DNA from: Lophium mytilinum
Lineage: Eukaryota
Length of the DNA stretch: 64,000 nucleotides
Reading direction: 5' to 3'
Assembly (NCBI GenBank): GCA_010093605.1
Contig: MU004195.1
Location: forward strand, 682,001-746,000
Shown here: positions 23,818-37,891 of the stretch, piece by piece
Position numbering within the stretch: the stretch's first letter is position 1
Layout of the letters: every line of letters starts with the position of its first letter
Made by a program: the position numbers and the translations under genes
Notes under the pieces: model-generated
Seen by the model: the letters and a program-made list of their open reading frames with translations, nothing else
Told to the model about the DNA's origin: nothing
The model's database searches: none

Positions 23818-26764
23818 ATGGATGACCCAGATTTCCTCATGGGTGATGACACTGTCATAGGGTCGACCGAGCTGAACGGCGATGCTCAGACCGTTGACCC
23901 TTCCGTGCTTGTCATGGACACTTCTACACATGAAACGTCGCCAAGAAAGGAAGACCTGCCGATTCTTTCGTACCAAAATCTTGCAACAGCATCGTCTCCT
24001 CCAAATATGCTTGCAGATCATGACTTGGTTCAGCACGATGAGCTCATGTATTCTACGGATCCATCCTCGTCTCCTCCTCAGGCAACAAGCGAAGAATCGC
24101 CAGAGACTACCGCGCCAATGGAAGTTCAAGTGCTTGTTAATGCCCCGCCACCACCACGATCCTCCGCTTTGCCACGATCAACTCTTCGGTCGGGTTTGGT
24201 TTTTGATGCTCGCATGAAGCTGCACATGGAACCCGAAGCAGGTGATCATCCCGAGAAGCCCCAGCGAATCCAAGCCATTTGGGACACTCTATACAGGGCT
24301 GGTCTGGTGCAGCAGTTTGGAAACCCTGTTGAAAGCCCGGACAGACTCTGGAACATTGAAGCCAGGGCTGCTGTAAAAGCAGAAGTGACTACAGTACATT
24401 CTAAGGAACACTGGAAATTTATTAGGAGCTTACAGGGTAAGCGATGAGCTTCTCGACAATGTATACGAAGTACTAATGAAGCGATAGGCAGGACGATGCA
24501 GGAGTTGAAGGACATGGGCGATGCGCGTGACTCGATATATTTCAACTTACAAACTCTTGACTCCGCCACCGTCGCCGCTGGCGGCGCTATCGAAGCCTGC
24601 AAATTAGTTGCTCTCGACAAGCTGAAGAACGCAATTGCGTTGATTCGACCTCCAGGTCATCACGCGGAGCAATCTGAACCATCGGGCTTCTGCATCTTCA
24701 ATAACGTTGCTATTGCTGCCAAGGTCTGCCAGACACAGCTTCCCGAGTTTTGTCGTAAAGTAATGATTCTGGATTGGGACGTGCATCACGGCAATGGCAT
24801 TCAGCATGCCTTCTACGATAATCCAAACGTGCTTTACATATCGTTACACGTCTACAAGAACGGCATGTTCTATCCCAATGGACCGGATGGCGATCACCTT
24901 CATTGCGGAGAGGGTGCTGGCGAAGGCAGGAATGTGAACATCCCTTGGATCGACCATGGGATGGGCGACCATGACTACCTCTACGCATTTGAAGAAATCG
25001 TCATACCGATCGCCAGGGAATTCAACCCGGACCTGGTCATTGTGGCCGCTGGATTTGATGCGGCCGAGGGTGATGAGCTCGGAGGTTGCCACGTATCTCC
25101 GCCCGGATACGCGCATATGACGCACAAATTAATGGAATTAGCAGAGGGTAGGGTAGCCGTGTGCCTCGAGGGTGGTTACAACCTTGACTCCATCTCGAAA
25201 TCTGCGTTGGCGGTGACAAAAACTCTCATGGGAGAACCGCCGGATCGCCTTCCCGGACAGGATGAGGATGCATTTGATACAGCTCCCCAATCAAATGCAT
25301 CTAAGTTGGGGGCCGCCACTGTGGAACTAGTCAAGAAACAGCAAGCAAAGTGGTGGCATTGCATGCGTCAAAAGCAACCACCTGGGCCAAGGCTGACCCC
25401 GCAGAGTGTTCAGATGCACGATCTTGTCAAATCATGGCGAAACATGTTGTTCGATAGGGAATATGGCATGCAAACAATGGCCATTGATCGGAACGTCCTC
25501 CACGAGTGTTTTGAAGATAACGTGCTAGTCTCGTAAGTCATCTGAATATTATCCATAAGGACAGACAGGACAGCTGCTAATATGACCCAGGGACAACTTC
25601 TTCGAGCCAGTCTCAAGGCCGCTCTTAGTGATTTTCCATGATCCGCCAGGCTACGACGTCGTTAACGACCCAACGAATGAGGTTCTCCAGAACGAACTGC
25701 ACAACTCTTGGCTGGTAAGTCACGAGTGCAGAGATGTGCTGAAAATCCCGCTGACTGTAAACCACAAGACTGATGGTACTAAGTCTTATGTTGATTGGGC
25801 CCATAAACACGACTTCGCCATTGCCGACATCAACATCCCAAAGGTAATGGAAGACTGGCCGGTAGGTTCGCCGTTTCCTAGATTGCACACGAAGCGTTGA
25901 CTTTTGATCAGGATCCGGGCGATACGAGTGAAAGAGCTCGCTCTGTGCTACGAGAAGATAGGGGCGACTATCAACCAGCTCGACCGCTGGAAGATAGAGC
26001 GATCGCGACTCGTGAGATCGCCAAGTACTTGTGGGAGAACTTTATTGAGTATGAAGCGCCGTCCGGTTTCGAAGAAGTGATACTGACAGACGATTAGGAT
26101 AGGAGAGTTTAGTGATGTCTTCATGATGGGAATTGGGGATGCATCATCAGGGCTGGTTGAGTTCCTTGGTACCCAAGGTAGACCCTCTCATGCCCAATTT
26201 TAATGCATCTAGACATAGCTAACCAGACATCTTACAGAATCCGTCAACGCAGACGAAAGCCCCCTCCGCCACGTCTTCACCTTTCTCGCCGAAAGCCCTC
26301 TGCGCTCCATCAAACGCGCAACAGACGACTACATCGGCACATGGTACTACAACGTAAGCACCCTCTTCCCCACCACCCAACCAAACCCCCACTAACCTCA
26401 CCTCTCTCCCCAGCACTCCCACGTCTACATCAACCACAAGCACCACGTGTGGCAGTACCAACGCATGCGCAAGCTGCGCAAGAAGTACGGCAAGACGATC
26501 CAATCGCAGTTCGAGACCATCGGGCAGATGCTCGAGGAGGCCCGCGACAACGTCATCCGCATCCTGCTCGAGGAGACCGAGGACTGGCGCGCGGAGCAGA
26601 AGCAGCTGCTGAAGCTGAAGTCGGCGCCGGCGGCGCTAAGGCTGGAGGAGCGCGATATGCGGGCGAGTAGTGCGCCGGGTGCGGTTAGGAGCCCTGGGAT
26701 GCCACCGATTGGGATGTTTTCGGTGACGAGCCCGAGCCCGAGGAGTCCGGCGAAGAGGGCGTGA
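23818..26764 (+). CDS. HDA1: class II histone deacetylase Hda1/Clr3 with probable C-terminal Arb2 domain (multi-exon)
   Basis: HPEKPQRI, RPPGHHAE, GFCIFNNVA, DWDVHHGNG, AGFDAA and LEGGY catalytic motifs. Downstream exons (VIFHDPP...RKKYG) match the Hda1 C-terminal region. Confidence 0.95.
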
Positions 26765-28824
26765 GGTGGGTGGGTGGAGGGGTTGGTAGGGACGTTGCGA
26801 GGCGAGAGGTTTCAGCGCTTGAATGGGAGATGGATAGGCGGCAGTGTGTGAGAGAGATGGGGATGCATTGCTTCAGCGGTCCTATGAGATGAGTTGAATT
26901 GAATTGGGACCGCAGCTGTCGCGACATAAGAAAGACGGCCTGACAACCGTGGTGCTGTGTTTAGTGGGCTTTGCTGCCGATGCGACCGAACTACCTTTTT
27001 TCTACCTATCCTCATTTCAGGTTACTGATTCGTATAAATCGCCTACCATGGATGGAAGGAACCTGAATGCCCCCTTTTTACAAAATCGCTATTTGCACCT
27101 TTCTCTCTTCAAGGCGATCGCGGCGCTCTCTTGCTTTCACCTGAGACATTTCCGGCATGCGCGGCGGTGGTAAGACGGCCTTACCTTATAGCTTATAGGA
27201 AAGCAGTGAGGTGGCAGTGGCGCCAGCGAGGCGCAGGAGGGTTGCGTAATAGCTGTGGTTGATGACGGTTGAGATTTCTGCGGTGCGCCCAGGCGCTGTC
27301 AGACGGAGCTAGGAGGTCGTGGTGAGATTTGCTGACGAGTGGCGCTGATTCATGGAGGCTGGAAAGGTTTTTATTGGGTTTTAGGGGTGGGATGGGATAG
27401 TGGCGGAGGTGCGAGGGGTGTGGAGTGGTATATTGGTAGAGGATTTTTTGGGGTGGAGTTGTTGGGTATGCTTGTTGGGTTTCTTGATGACCGGTGGGTT
27501 ACTGCTGAATTGAGTCGATTCTGGTGTACTTATTTTATGGTTTGGTGTTTAGCCGGCTTGGGGGCTGAAGTGCTGAAGGGTTGTGATTCTCCTCTGGAGT
27601 GCTAACTTATACGGTAAGTCTGTGGCTTGATAGTAGAGGGTGTCCCTGGATATAAAGAGAGGCTGGAGTGAGTGGTAAGGCAGGTTGGACGAGCATAAGG
27701 AAGCTTGTGGTGGCTTGGAAATTTATACGTGCACTAGAGGAGCTGGATTAGGGGGTTTGAGGGGAAGCACGTGACGGGATATGCTACATGCTGTTCGTCC
27801 AACCGAGCCTGCAAGATAGTGAAAGAAGCAACGAAATCAAAGCGAAGTAGTAGTTCTATAGAAAGTCGTACCTATACAGAACTATTCTTGGTTGCCTCTA
27901 TGTACCATTGAACCACCTCGTCACCTAGTAATCAATCTTCCAAATCATCAAGACTCACTTGGGAAGCATGAATAGATATAAGCAGCACATATCCCCAAAG
28001 CAGCTAGCCCATCCCCACAACCCGTCCGATGCCCGCCTCTGTGCGTCTCCCTCGCAGCAACCTCAACCCTCCACTCACCACCTCTCACAGCCATCCAGCC
28101 ACTGACAGCACATTCCCACATGCAACCGACACCGGCTGGTGCAGCCGCCTCGTGGATCGCGAGAGATAGGCGTTCCCTCCCTCGTGCCCCGAAAAAGCCA
28201 CGGATCGCCCGCGCCCTCTCCCAGATGCAGCGTCCCAAGAAATGGCTTTTTCTTGGCCCTTGGGTGCCTGTCAGCACTACGAGCAGAGGCCTCGTTGGCC
28301 CAAGCTGGGATGAAGCATAGCGTAGTATCATGGGTTTGTTTAAGTTTAATTCTATTTTCAGCTCTCTTCAAGACAAGGGAGTTTCTAGCCTCGGGCATTC
28401 GATCCCACATGCGGCGTCGCCAAGCCGTCAGCCCAGCATGCAACACCGCACGGAGACAGCGGCGTAGCTAGCGAAGGCTGGGATGTCGCAGGAATTTTGC
28501 GGGAGGTGAGTGGTGGGATTCGAGGCCTTGCTACAGTTAAGGCGCAGCTGTGGGCAAAACTCGCACTCGTGGGACCCGGCTGAGCTGCTGACAGCGAGGC
28601 GTGCCCAGCCAGCTAGGTAAGGTAGGTATGCGGTGGTGCAAGGGTGGGATTAATCAATTTGATATGAGTTTGGGATCCCCGCTCTGCCTTGCGCTTTCTC
28701 TCTCACGTCTTATTCTCTCTCGGCTTACTTCGCGCGGCTTCGAGCTTGCGCTGCCTTATCTGGACCTGTTTCTGGTGCTTGAGAGTCGTGTTGCTTGTTA
28801 TTGATATACTGAGTGTGGTTGCGA

Positions 28825-30103
28825 ATGATAATGGGCGGATCTACCCGCCATAGGGCGCTGATGGCGTCGGTGTTGTTCGTCGTGGCGAGGATTGGGGTGG
28901 TGTCAGCACAGATCGTCAATATCGCGACATCTTTTTCGACGTCTACGGGGACTGCGAGCCCGTCATCGACGGCGAGTAGCGCGCCGAAGGTCATCGATGT
29001 TACTGTCAACAAGGGGAGTACGCATCGGTTCGATCCGGAGGATATACAGGCCAATGTTGGAGACATCCTTTCGTTTCATTTCTACCCGACAAACCACTCT
29101 GTCGTCAAAGCCGAATATGGATGTGAGTATTGTTCATGGAGGGGAGTGGGAGGAGCATGATCTAATCGGCGATAGATCCTTGTGTACCATACGACTATGT
29201 GGAACCTGGGTCGAAGGATATGTTCTTCTCTGGGAACCATCCAATGCAGGCGGCAGATGCGGTTCAGACATGGAACCTTACTGTAAACTCGACCGAGCCA
29301 GTCTTTTTCTATTGCTCTGCGCTGGAATCGTGTAATAAGCAAGGCATGCTCGGGGTCATCAACTCGGTAAGATGCAAATGTCAACACCTCTCTTAGGACA
29401 GAAGCTCATGTGAACACAGAACGACACCATGACTTTAGACCATCAGAGAAAGTTAGCATTGGAAGCGAATACTGTCCAATTAAGCCCCGGCGACCCCATA
29501 CCAGCTGAAGCCTCGGCCACAATAGTCCATTCTGCATCCTCTGCCGCCCCAACGAGTGCTACTAGCGTACCACCACTACCGACTCAACCAGCGGAAAGCT
29601 CTGATCACCATCACAGTTCACTAGGAGGTGGTGCCATTGCCGGGATCGCTATCGGAGGCGTTGTCGTCATACTGATATGTGGTCTGCTATTCTTCTACAT
29701 GGGCCGCACGAAATCTCTAAAGGACGTTTTGAAGCGGAACTCGGCTACCGTCCCGATGAGCAACAACCCGCAAGATCCTAATTTCCCAGCATATGGATAT
29801 ATGCCGCAGCAGCAGAACGAGTATCGGCAGAGCCACCTCCCGCCGTATGGGAGCCCGTACACTGGACCGCCGTCGGAGGCACCGGGGAGTCCGGGTTATG
29901 TAGCAGCTGAATATGAACGCCGCGAGATGGCTTCGCCGACGCCTGAGTAAGCTTGGTAGTTGGAAAAAATGACGTTGGATAAGCGACTGACATGTAATAG
30001 GGAACAAGCTCATAAGGCTGCATTGGCAGCTCAAAGAGTCCAACAAGATGGCCCAGCGGAATTGGCATCGGAGCCAATACGTGAGAAACGAGATGAGCCT
30101 TGA
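28825..30103 (+). CDS. single-pass membrane / extracellular serine-rich protein with cupredoxin-like domain (4 exons)
   Basis: Signal-like N-terminus; HRFDPEDIQANVGDILSFHFYPTNHSVV, FFYCS...SCNKQGMLGVIN; S/T-rich stalk; TM segment GGAIAGIAIGGVVVILICGLLFFY; tail with PAEL. Confidence 0.85.
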
Positions 30104-30925
30104 GCATGATATACCCCTTTCGTTCGAATCTCTCCTTTGACTCGTTCTACGGCACCGGCGTTGGGGTCATGGCTTGATTTGGGGAATAAAGGGAACTGAT
30201 GAGAGGCAGCTGTGACACTAGGGAGGACTAATCCCTTTCTTTTGCGAGATGTGGCGCTGCTTTACTGGAGACATGTTCGACTGGGAGCTCGGCTCTGACT
30301 TGAAAGCTTTTACAGCTTTGAGGCATTTCAGCTGTACAGCTTTCAGGAAGGTTTACTTTAGGCGGGAAAAAGAAGGTCTTAAATCAGGGGCCAGGAGAAT
30401 TGTTTCAGCCCTGGGCCCTCTGATTATGTTTACATCGATCCTTGTGGTTTCAGTTCGACAACCCCGCGCTGAGAAAGCTTGAACTGCAGATTTTCAGGAT
30501 CGACATGGCGTTCACAATGCCATTCACTCTACCAGGACAATCGCATGTAGTGGCTCCCGTACATAGATATAATCTTATAGTGTGTATTGTACATTGATCA
30601 GAGAGCTACTCCACATTTTCAATCAATCCCCTGAATATATCCCCGCAGTTCATCCTGAGTTCGATAGCGCGGGTACGACGTGGACGGCAACTTTCCCGGT
30701 TTGGAGCACGCTTTCGGCCCACGATTGCGTCAGCCAATCCTGTGCGGTAAAGAAACCCGTGGTCACCAGCTCTGGCTCCCACGGCATCCCACTCTCTCTA
30801 CAGACCGCAAATTCTCCCATCCGCGCCCCAGTAGCCTCACCGAGCATGCCCACAGACGCCCGGCGACAACGGCCTCCCATTAGCACCAGCGTGCGCGTAC
30901 CGAGAATCGTGGCCTCCATACCGCC

Positions 30926-32323
30926 ATGCTGACTTCGTCGCCGTCGCCTACGCTCTCTGCACCCTCGAGCCCAACCTCCTTCCACCAGCGCTCCTATCAT
31001 GCTACCTACCGCGCCGCGACCTCGACTCACTCGCCGCGCTTTCCTCCACAGCCAGCGGCCACTCGACGCCTGCCTCTAGATGCACCCGCCGCCCCAGCCC
31101 ATTCACCAGCCCTGAGCTTCGCCCGCTCACCACATCAACCCCCACGACGCGAGTACGCCAATGCGAGCACGCAGTATACACCGCCAGGACTGCCGCCGAC
31201 AGCTAAGCTGGCACGAGACGCCCCACGACCGGAGCCTGAGCCCTCGCCGTCACTCGGACTAGGCACGAAGCGGCGGGAAGCCTCTGCAGAGATCGTCGCC
31301 TCGGGCCCTCCCGAACCCAATCTGCGGGTCGACCCTGAACCGCCCAAGCCGCTGGATGTCGCGCAGTCCTCACAATCAGGAGCAGCAGGCGGGGGGACAC
31401 CGCAGCGGGCGCAGCAGGTGACAGCGCCAGCAGGGGCGGCGAGCAGTGCAGCGGGTGAAGAGAGCCAGCAGCAGCCGTCGGCGGCGAAGCGGGCGCGGAA
31501 CATGGACCCCAGCCTGAAGGTGATGCCGCTGAAGTACGAGACGTGCGATGTCAAGGACCTGGGAGTCTTGATTTCAGACATGCTCATGGAGCTCGTGCGG
31601 CTCAACGACGGCATCCCGCTGCAGGACGGGCAGCTCACGCGGTTCCACTCCAGGTATGATCGATTTCGGTTTGTTAAGCGGCGAGCTGGTGTCCTGTACG
31701 GTTTGGCGAGCTAGGTTCGCTTCCGCGCCGCTGTGCTTTCGCCCAATTGAGTGGTGCTTGTTGGGCTGACGCTTGTTACTATATGCAGAGCCCCGCCTGG
31801 CATTTCGGTCCGCGATTATCTCAATCGCCTTATTGTCCACGCGACTTTGCCTCCGCCGATTCTGCTGTCTATGGTGTATTATGTGGATAAGTTATGCGCG
31901 TTATACCCGGCGTTTACGATTAGCAGCCTCACGGTGCATCGGTTTCTAATCACGGCCGCCACTGTGGCGGCGAAAGGGCTCAGCGACAGCTTTTGGACCA
32001 ATAGTCTCTATGCGCGAGTGGGTGGCGTCAGCGTGCGGGAATTGGCGTTACTGGAGCTAGAATTTCTGCGGCGGCTGGACTGGAAGATTGTGCCGAAGCC
32101 GGAGGTGCTGGTGGACTACTATAAGGGCTTGGTGGAGCGGGGAGAGGGATACACAATGGAGAGGGAGCCGGAGCCGGCGCAACAGGTGCAAGAGGCAGCG
32201 GCACCAGAGGCGGCCAGCATGCAGAGTGGGTCGTCGAGCAGTGGGGACGTCTTCATGGAACCGGCGCCCGCGCCAGAGACACAGGCACAAGGGGCCGGTG
32301 AAGCAGAGAGAAGAGGAGGCTAG
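30926..32323 (+). CDS. PHO80: Pho80-family cyclin (NUC-1 negative regulator PREG-like), 2 exons
   Basis: LTRFHS|RAPPGISVRDYLNRL...LTVHRFLITAATVAAKGLSDSFWTNSLYARVGGVS.RELALLELEFL cyclin fold. Confidence 0.92.
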
Positions 32324-33951
32324 CACGCGATCAGGTAGGACTATTGCTCAACCTCTCACTCATCCTGTCTCTTGAATTTCCGCGACCCTGTTCATGCTGT
32401 GTGTGTTCACGGATCCAGCATCTTGCCGCACCCGCAGAAACATCGACCATGACTCACCCCGCGACAACCGGATTCCTTGCGCCGTGGCTCCATTCACAGA
32501 GGCGAGAAATTTCAGGACGATGAGCTGTTCACTTCCCTTCGACGACGCGATAACGAGCTCCGATGGTCTGCGAGCGCGCAAGCACGCTTTCCAGCCCGTG
32601 AAGGCGCAACGGCGTCCAGAGCTCACAGCTCGTGTGCCTCTGCGCGTTCGTGATAGGCATGCGGGAACGACGTCGCCGCGGCTCTGGACATAAGCCCAGC
32701 TTGCAATCCCTGGACTTGCAGCGGTTGCGGATCAGCCCGCCTGCCGGGAAGAGTTCCAATTGGGAGGGCACTGGCGACGCTGATAACAGTCTGGGCGATC
32801 AGTCGTTTGCGCAGTGCTGCAGTCGTTGACGGTTCGGCGGTAGCGGACATGGGAGAAAGAAGTTTGGCCAGGAATCAACTCGGACAGTGCTGGGGCAGAG
32901 GTCTTTGTACACGTATCCGGCGCAGTCTGAGGTCTTTCGGTGCTTCGGTGCATTGCGGTGGTTCTACTGGACTGGCAGACCACGGTGGTTGGAGTGGAGC
33001 ATCGACGTAGCAGGTTTTTTTTAGGAGGAGAGAATACAACCCATCCAGACTTCTGGAGATATATTGTACGACGTCAAACTGGAACAAGCAGGTGCATTGC
33101 ACTAACGTTCGACACTGGATTGGCAGTGCAGAGGGCAGACAGCCCTATCTCACGAGAAATTAGGCCGACAGGAGGCCTTTGACAGCGTGCCAGGCTTGAG
33201 GCGGGAGCGGTTGGAGGGCGTGGTTCAGTGCTATCGAAGGCTAAAGTGCTTCACTGCTCGCCGTGTTGTTGTGAGGTGATGCGCTGGCCCAATAAGGGCG
33301 TTTGATACCGGGCCCTGCTCCGCTACCTAACGTGCTAACCACGTCTCTCTGGCAAAAGTGAGGCTAGGCTAGCGGCCTCCCTCATGGTGCCATTCCACGC
33401 GCCTTCTGCTGGCTTCCTTGCAGAGTGCAGTGCAGGCCGAGTGAATGCCCCTCGTGTGCCTGCGATCCCAGCTGCGATCGAAGCATGTCCGACCTGTCTG
33501 CATGTTATGGCGCCCTCCACCGCGTCGCCGCCAAGCCAGCTGCCGGACAATTGCATTTTGAAACACGGCCAACGTAGAATACATATCCACCTCCGCCTCT
33601 CCCTCTACCGCCCCACAGCTCCGCCAAACCAGCCCACCCCCGAGCACGCGCGCACCCGTCCAGAGAGCCCCTCCCCCAGCCTCGGATCCAAGTGCCCGTG
33701 TCTCTGCGCCCATACATCTCACCACCACTCCAGCGACACGCCTGCGCTGTTTCGAGATTGCAGCATCACCGTCTGTCTCAGTATCATGAGAGTAAGTCAA
33801 GTCTCGCCTACGCGATCTTTCTATTCTCCGGATAGCCCGTTTGCTTCAAGTCTGCCTCTCCTCCACTTCAACCACTGTCCGATCACACCGTCGTTCGCCT
33901 TGCGCCGCCGTAGAACCCGCGGGGTGGTAGCCCTACGCCTACACTGCTAAC

Positions 33952-36523
33952 ATGTCGGATAACAGAAGTTCCGGGTGCTATAGCTACATAGACGATCGTT
34001 ATGCCAAAGACATGAACAGCGACATTGGCCGGTGGGAGCGGAGTCAACGACACCAGTTCGATGCATACCAGCCTCAGTATCCTCAGGTACCCCACCGACC
34101 GAGTCCGTCGCCGCGCGCCCTCGCCGCTGACCACTTCGCCCCGCTCGACCACCAGATCAAGAAGATTGCCCGCACCAGAACGAGCCCGGTCATCACGCGG
34201 ACGCCTGTCCAACGCCATGCCTCATCGCACGAGCGCCCGACGTCGAGTGGAGGCCGAGAAGCTCTACTCACTCTCCGACCCTTTGTCCCCCCTCGACGCG
34301 CCGAGTCGTACTCGCACCCGACCGCCCTCGAGGATTTCCGGACAACGAGGAGGTGGCCGCCGCGAGGGTTTGCTGAACATCAGGCCCTGACCCACAGGGA
34401 GGCCGAAGACTTGATATGTGCGGGAGCGTCGACTTTCAAGGGATACTATGAGGCGATTCCAAATGCGCCGGAGGGCTACAACAAGTTCTTTGCCGTCATG
34501 GGATCGGAGCACAGCCTGAGGACCGACCGCGCCGAGTTCCATCATCTGTCATATAGGGACATGTCACTGCCAATGACCGGGCCCGTGGATTGCGAGTTCT
34601 CGTGGATTTCGCTGGAGCAGCCGTCGATGGCGTATTGCTTTGGAGCGAGTCCTGGAACCACAACATTGAATTTCCGCGTCAGCAAGTCCGGCAGCGCACA
34701 CCCCGCAATGAAGTTTGCTGGAAACGTCAAGCCGCGGAAGCTGAAACTGTTGTTGATTTTGGAGCGCCTCCGGCAATTGGAAACAGGGCTCGAAGAAGAT
34801 GTTCGTCCATCTTTTTCCCTCCCACTAGGTTAGGTCTAGTACCGTTTCTGACTATTTGGTTTGTAGGATCCCGACGAGCTCTACCGCTACCTGTACAGCA
34901 CCCTCATCGAGGACCCGGAGCGCTACAACAACCCCCACGTTGGAATGGAGCAGCAGATTGCGGACCTCATCACCGTGTTGACAAACCGGGATTGGATTGA
35001 TTTCACGTCGCCTAAGAATCAGGTTGTGGCCAAGTACTTTGACTCTCCGGATGCGGCCCGCAAACAGCTTTTCTTTCATCAGCTTCTCCTTTCTGTAGAA
35101 TTATATCTGCGCATCCATTCCAAGGACCACACGGAAAAGGCCAAGCGGAAACTTCTAAAACAGCTCCCGCCCAAGATTGCTTGGGATCTTGCTGTGGCCC
35201 AGCGCTGGCTGGAGAACATGTCCATCTCAAAACCGCGGACTTCGTCTAGACAGAGCACCTTCAGCTTTGACCTCCGGAGTAAGAAGAGACAGAAGGCCGC
35301 CCTCCGGACCTTTGCCCTAACCTTGAAATGGCCAAACATGGACGAATTAGATTACGTGCTCGACGAAAAAGACCGCGAGGAGAAGACCCTAGAGGACCGC
35401 TCCGCGGACACCATGTCCTGGTTTACAGGCGTCATCCTACCTGGCGTAACCCTTCCCTGGCTTCTGATGAACACCCTTATAGACTGCGACCGTGACACCG
35501 GCGACCCCTTGAAGTACCTCACCCACATCCACCCGGAATCCGGCTTCCAGTACCGAGCTAACACCTACTGGTCCTACCAATGCATCGTCGGCAAAGTCCT
35601 CGGCGCCGCCCGAGGCGTCAACGAAATCGCAGGCTGGATCGGCCCGTGCATCTTCACGCCCGACCTCAAGCGCACCGAGTGCGTGCGTGTGCGGCAAGCT
35701 ATACCCCTGGAACCGCGCCTCACGACGCACGACGTCAGCTCCATGGACGTGCGGACGAATCCCCTAGGGCCGGTGGAAGAGGCGTACCCGATTGCGGACT
35801 ACGAGGTGCCGATGCCGGATACGGATGAAATCACTGACTTGATCCGCATGGAGAAGCTGGGGTTTCAGCCCGTGAAGAACCAGCCGAGCTCGAGCCGGTA
35901 TGGGGATGGCGCGCCGTTGATTTTCGATGCTGCGATTGTTTTTGCGTGCGGGGGGCAGAGTTGGCCGATGCGGTTGCGGTATGATGTTGATTTTCTGGCG
36001 GCGTTTCCGTGCCATCAGGGGCCGCATGGTGAGCTTAACCCCACTTTCTACTCTCTCTATTTGAAGCGCGGGCATAGAACAAAAGCTAACCAGCACAACA
36101 ACAGTCCTCTTCTACGACTTCGCCTATCGCGCCATCAAAGTCGACGGCGGCCTCGTCGACATCCACGACTGGGACCGCCAGTCCGGCCGCTCGACCGTCT
36201 CGCGCTCGTCGTCCTCGCGGCCCTCGTCGTCCCACCACTCCTCCCCTTCGTCGCGCGCGCTAACTACCCGTCCGTCGCTCGCTGATGAAGACGCGCATAT
36301 GCAGGTTAAGAAGGTGCTGGTCATCGAGGCGCTGGGGGTGAGCGATAACGAGGTCTTTGCGCGCGCGTGGTGCAGTCAGTGGGGCCATTCGGCCGTGGTC
36401 GCGAATATGAACTACACGTGTCTGGCGTGTGCGGTGCGGGAGGCGTATGCGGCGTGTGTTAGTGTGGTGATACTTACGCAGGGGGGCGTTAAGGGGGAGG
36501 GGGATGAGGGGGTGAATGGCTGA
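33952..36523 (+). CDS. fungal hypothetical protein (3 exons)
   Basis: Long ORFs 33952..34833 and 34945..36285 and a last exon (VLVIEALGVSDNEVFARAWCSQWG) are joined by GT-AG introns at about 34801-34866 and 36029-36103. Function not recognised. Confidence 0.8.
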
Positions 36524-36616
36524 GATGTCAGCAATAGTCTCTGCACCTGCACGGTTTTCTCCTTTGTTAGACGGTGGTCTTCTTGCATAGTGAGCTTGGG
36601 CGAAGGGGGGTTTGGA

Positions 36617-36736
36617 AATGGGTATGGGTATGGGTATGGGTATGGATGAATAGGGGGTTTAGGATGGATGGATGGATGGACGGACGGACGGTTCTGGAGT
36701 TTTTGCATTCAATGGGATGGGACGGATGGATGGATG
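36617..36736. repeat. microsatellites (ATGGGT)n and (GGAT/GGAC)n
   Basis: Read directly, downstream of the preceding gene. Confidence 0.85.
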
Positions 36737-37891
36737 GGGCTTGTCTTACGAGACTTGAGGGGGCGATTGGCGGTGTTTTGAGTATCGTGGGGCTTCGACT
36801 TCTGGTGGCTGCATGGTTCTTGCTCTTGGGTGGAAAAGTGAATCTGGAAGGGGTGCTGTGTATTAGGGTGGACACCTCACGGTGGTGGTGGGATGGGTAG
36901 ATCAATTGAACTCAGTTCGAAATCGATTTGAAGGCGCGCGCGGGAGTGTGGTTGTGTTGATGTCTCGTACAACATAGCTTAAAAAGCTTTGATGGCCTTC
37001 CAAGTCATGAGATTACAGACTTTACATCCAGCCCGTAATGCTTGTCATAGATCCGAAGTAGTTCAGATGGCGATGTACGTCTTGATATATTCATGCAAGG
37101 CATAGTCAGCCTACACTCCTGGAGGGTTCTAGTGGTGAGTGCTGATTGGTTCCATGCTACTTCATGGTAACCTACCCTTCCTGGATGGTGGTATGGAAGT
37201 ATAGTATTTAGTCTATGACTCATGAACTCAAATAGGAGTAGAGGTCTGATTCGCATTGATATAGGCAGTAAATTGGCTAGCGACTCTACGTGATATGTGA
37301 TTGTGGATGGGATTGGTACGGTGATGTTGTTACCCCAGTCTTCCCCGCGGTTTTTAAGGGCTCCTCCGGTGAGCCACGCCAAGGCCGCCGCCTTCAGGAC
37401 GCCCTTGTTCCAACGACCGCTGCTTTTTCAAGCCTCAACGAACTGCTCATACTCACTGTCGTCTTCTCGAGCATCAAGCGCCTTGTTTCTCGTTCCTCTG
37501 CGTTTGATGATCGCGTCGGTTGCTAATTACGAATGACCTTTTGGCAGATTTGTTCGTACCACCGCGCGGCTGCGGGATAGCTTGACGAAGATACCACTTC
37601 TGAGCTCTGGTACAGGCACGACTCCCAAACCACGGTACCAGCCAACCTCACTTCGGGGTCAACGTGATAGTGGATCCGGAGAAAACTTGAAGAAGAGAGA
37701 GCGGTACGACCGACGACTGCGAACGGGATTTCCTTTTCACTCCGCTGCGCCTTCCGAAGAGCCCGCACCGAACCTTACACCCCGAACGTCTTATTATACA
37801 AACCACGAACCTACCGAGCACAACCTTACTTCCTGAATCGCAAGTCCTCTATAACTGAACGCACTGGACTAAGCCCGCCGGCGACTATAAC

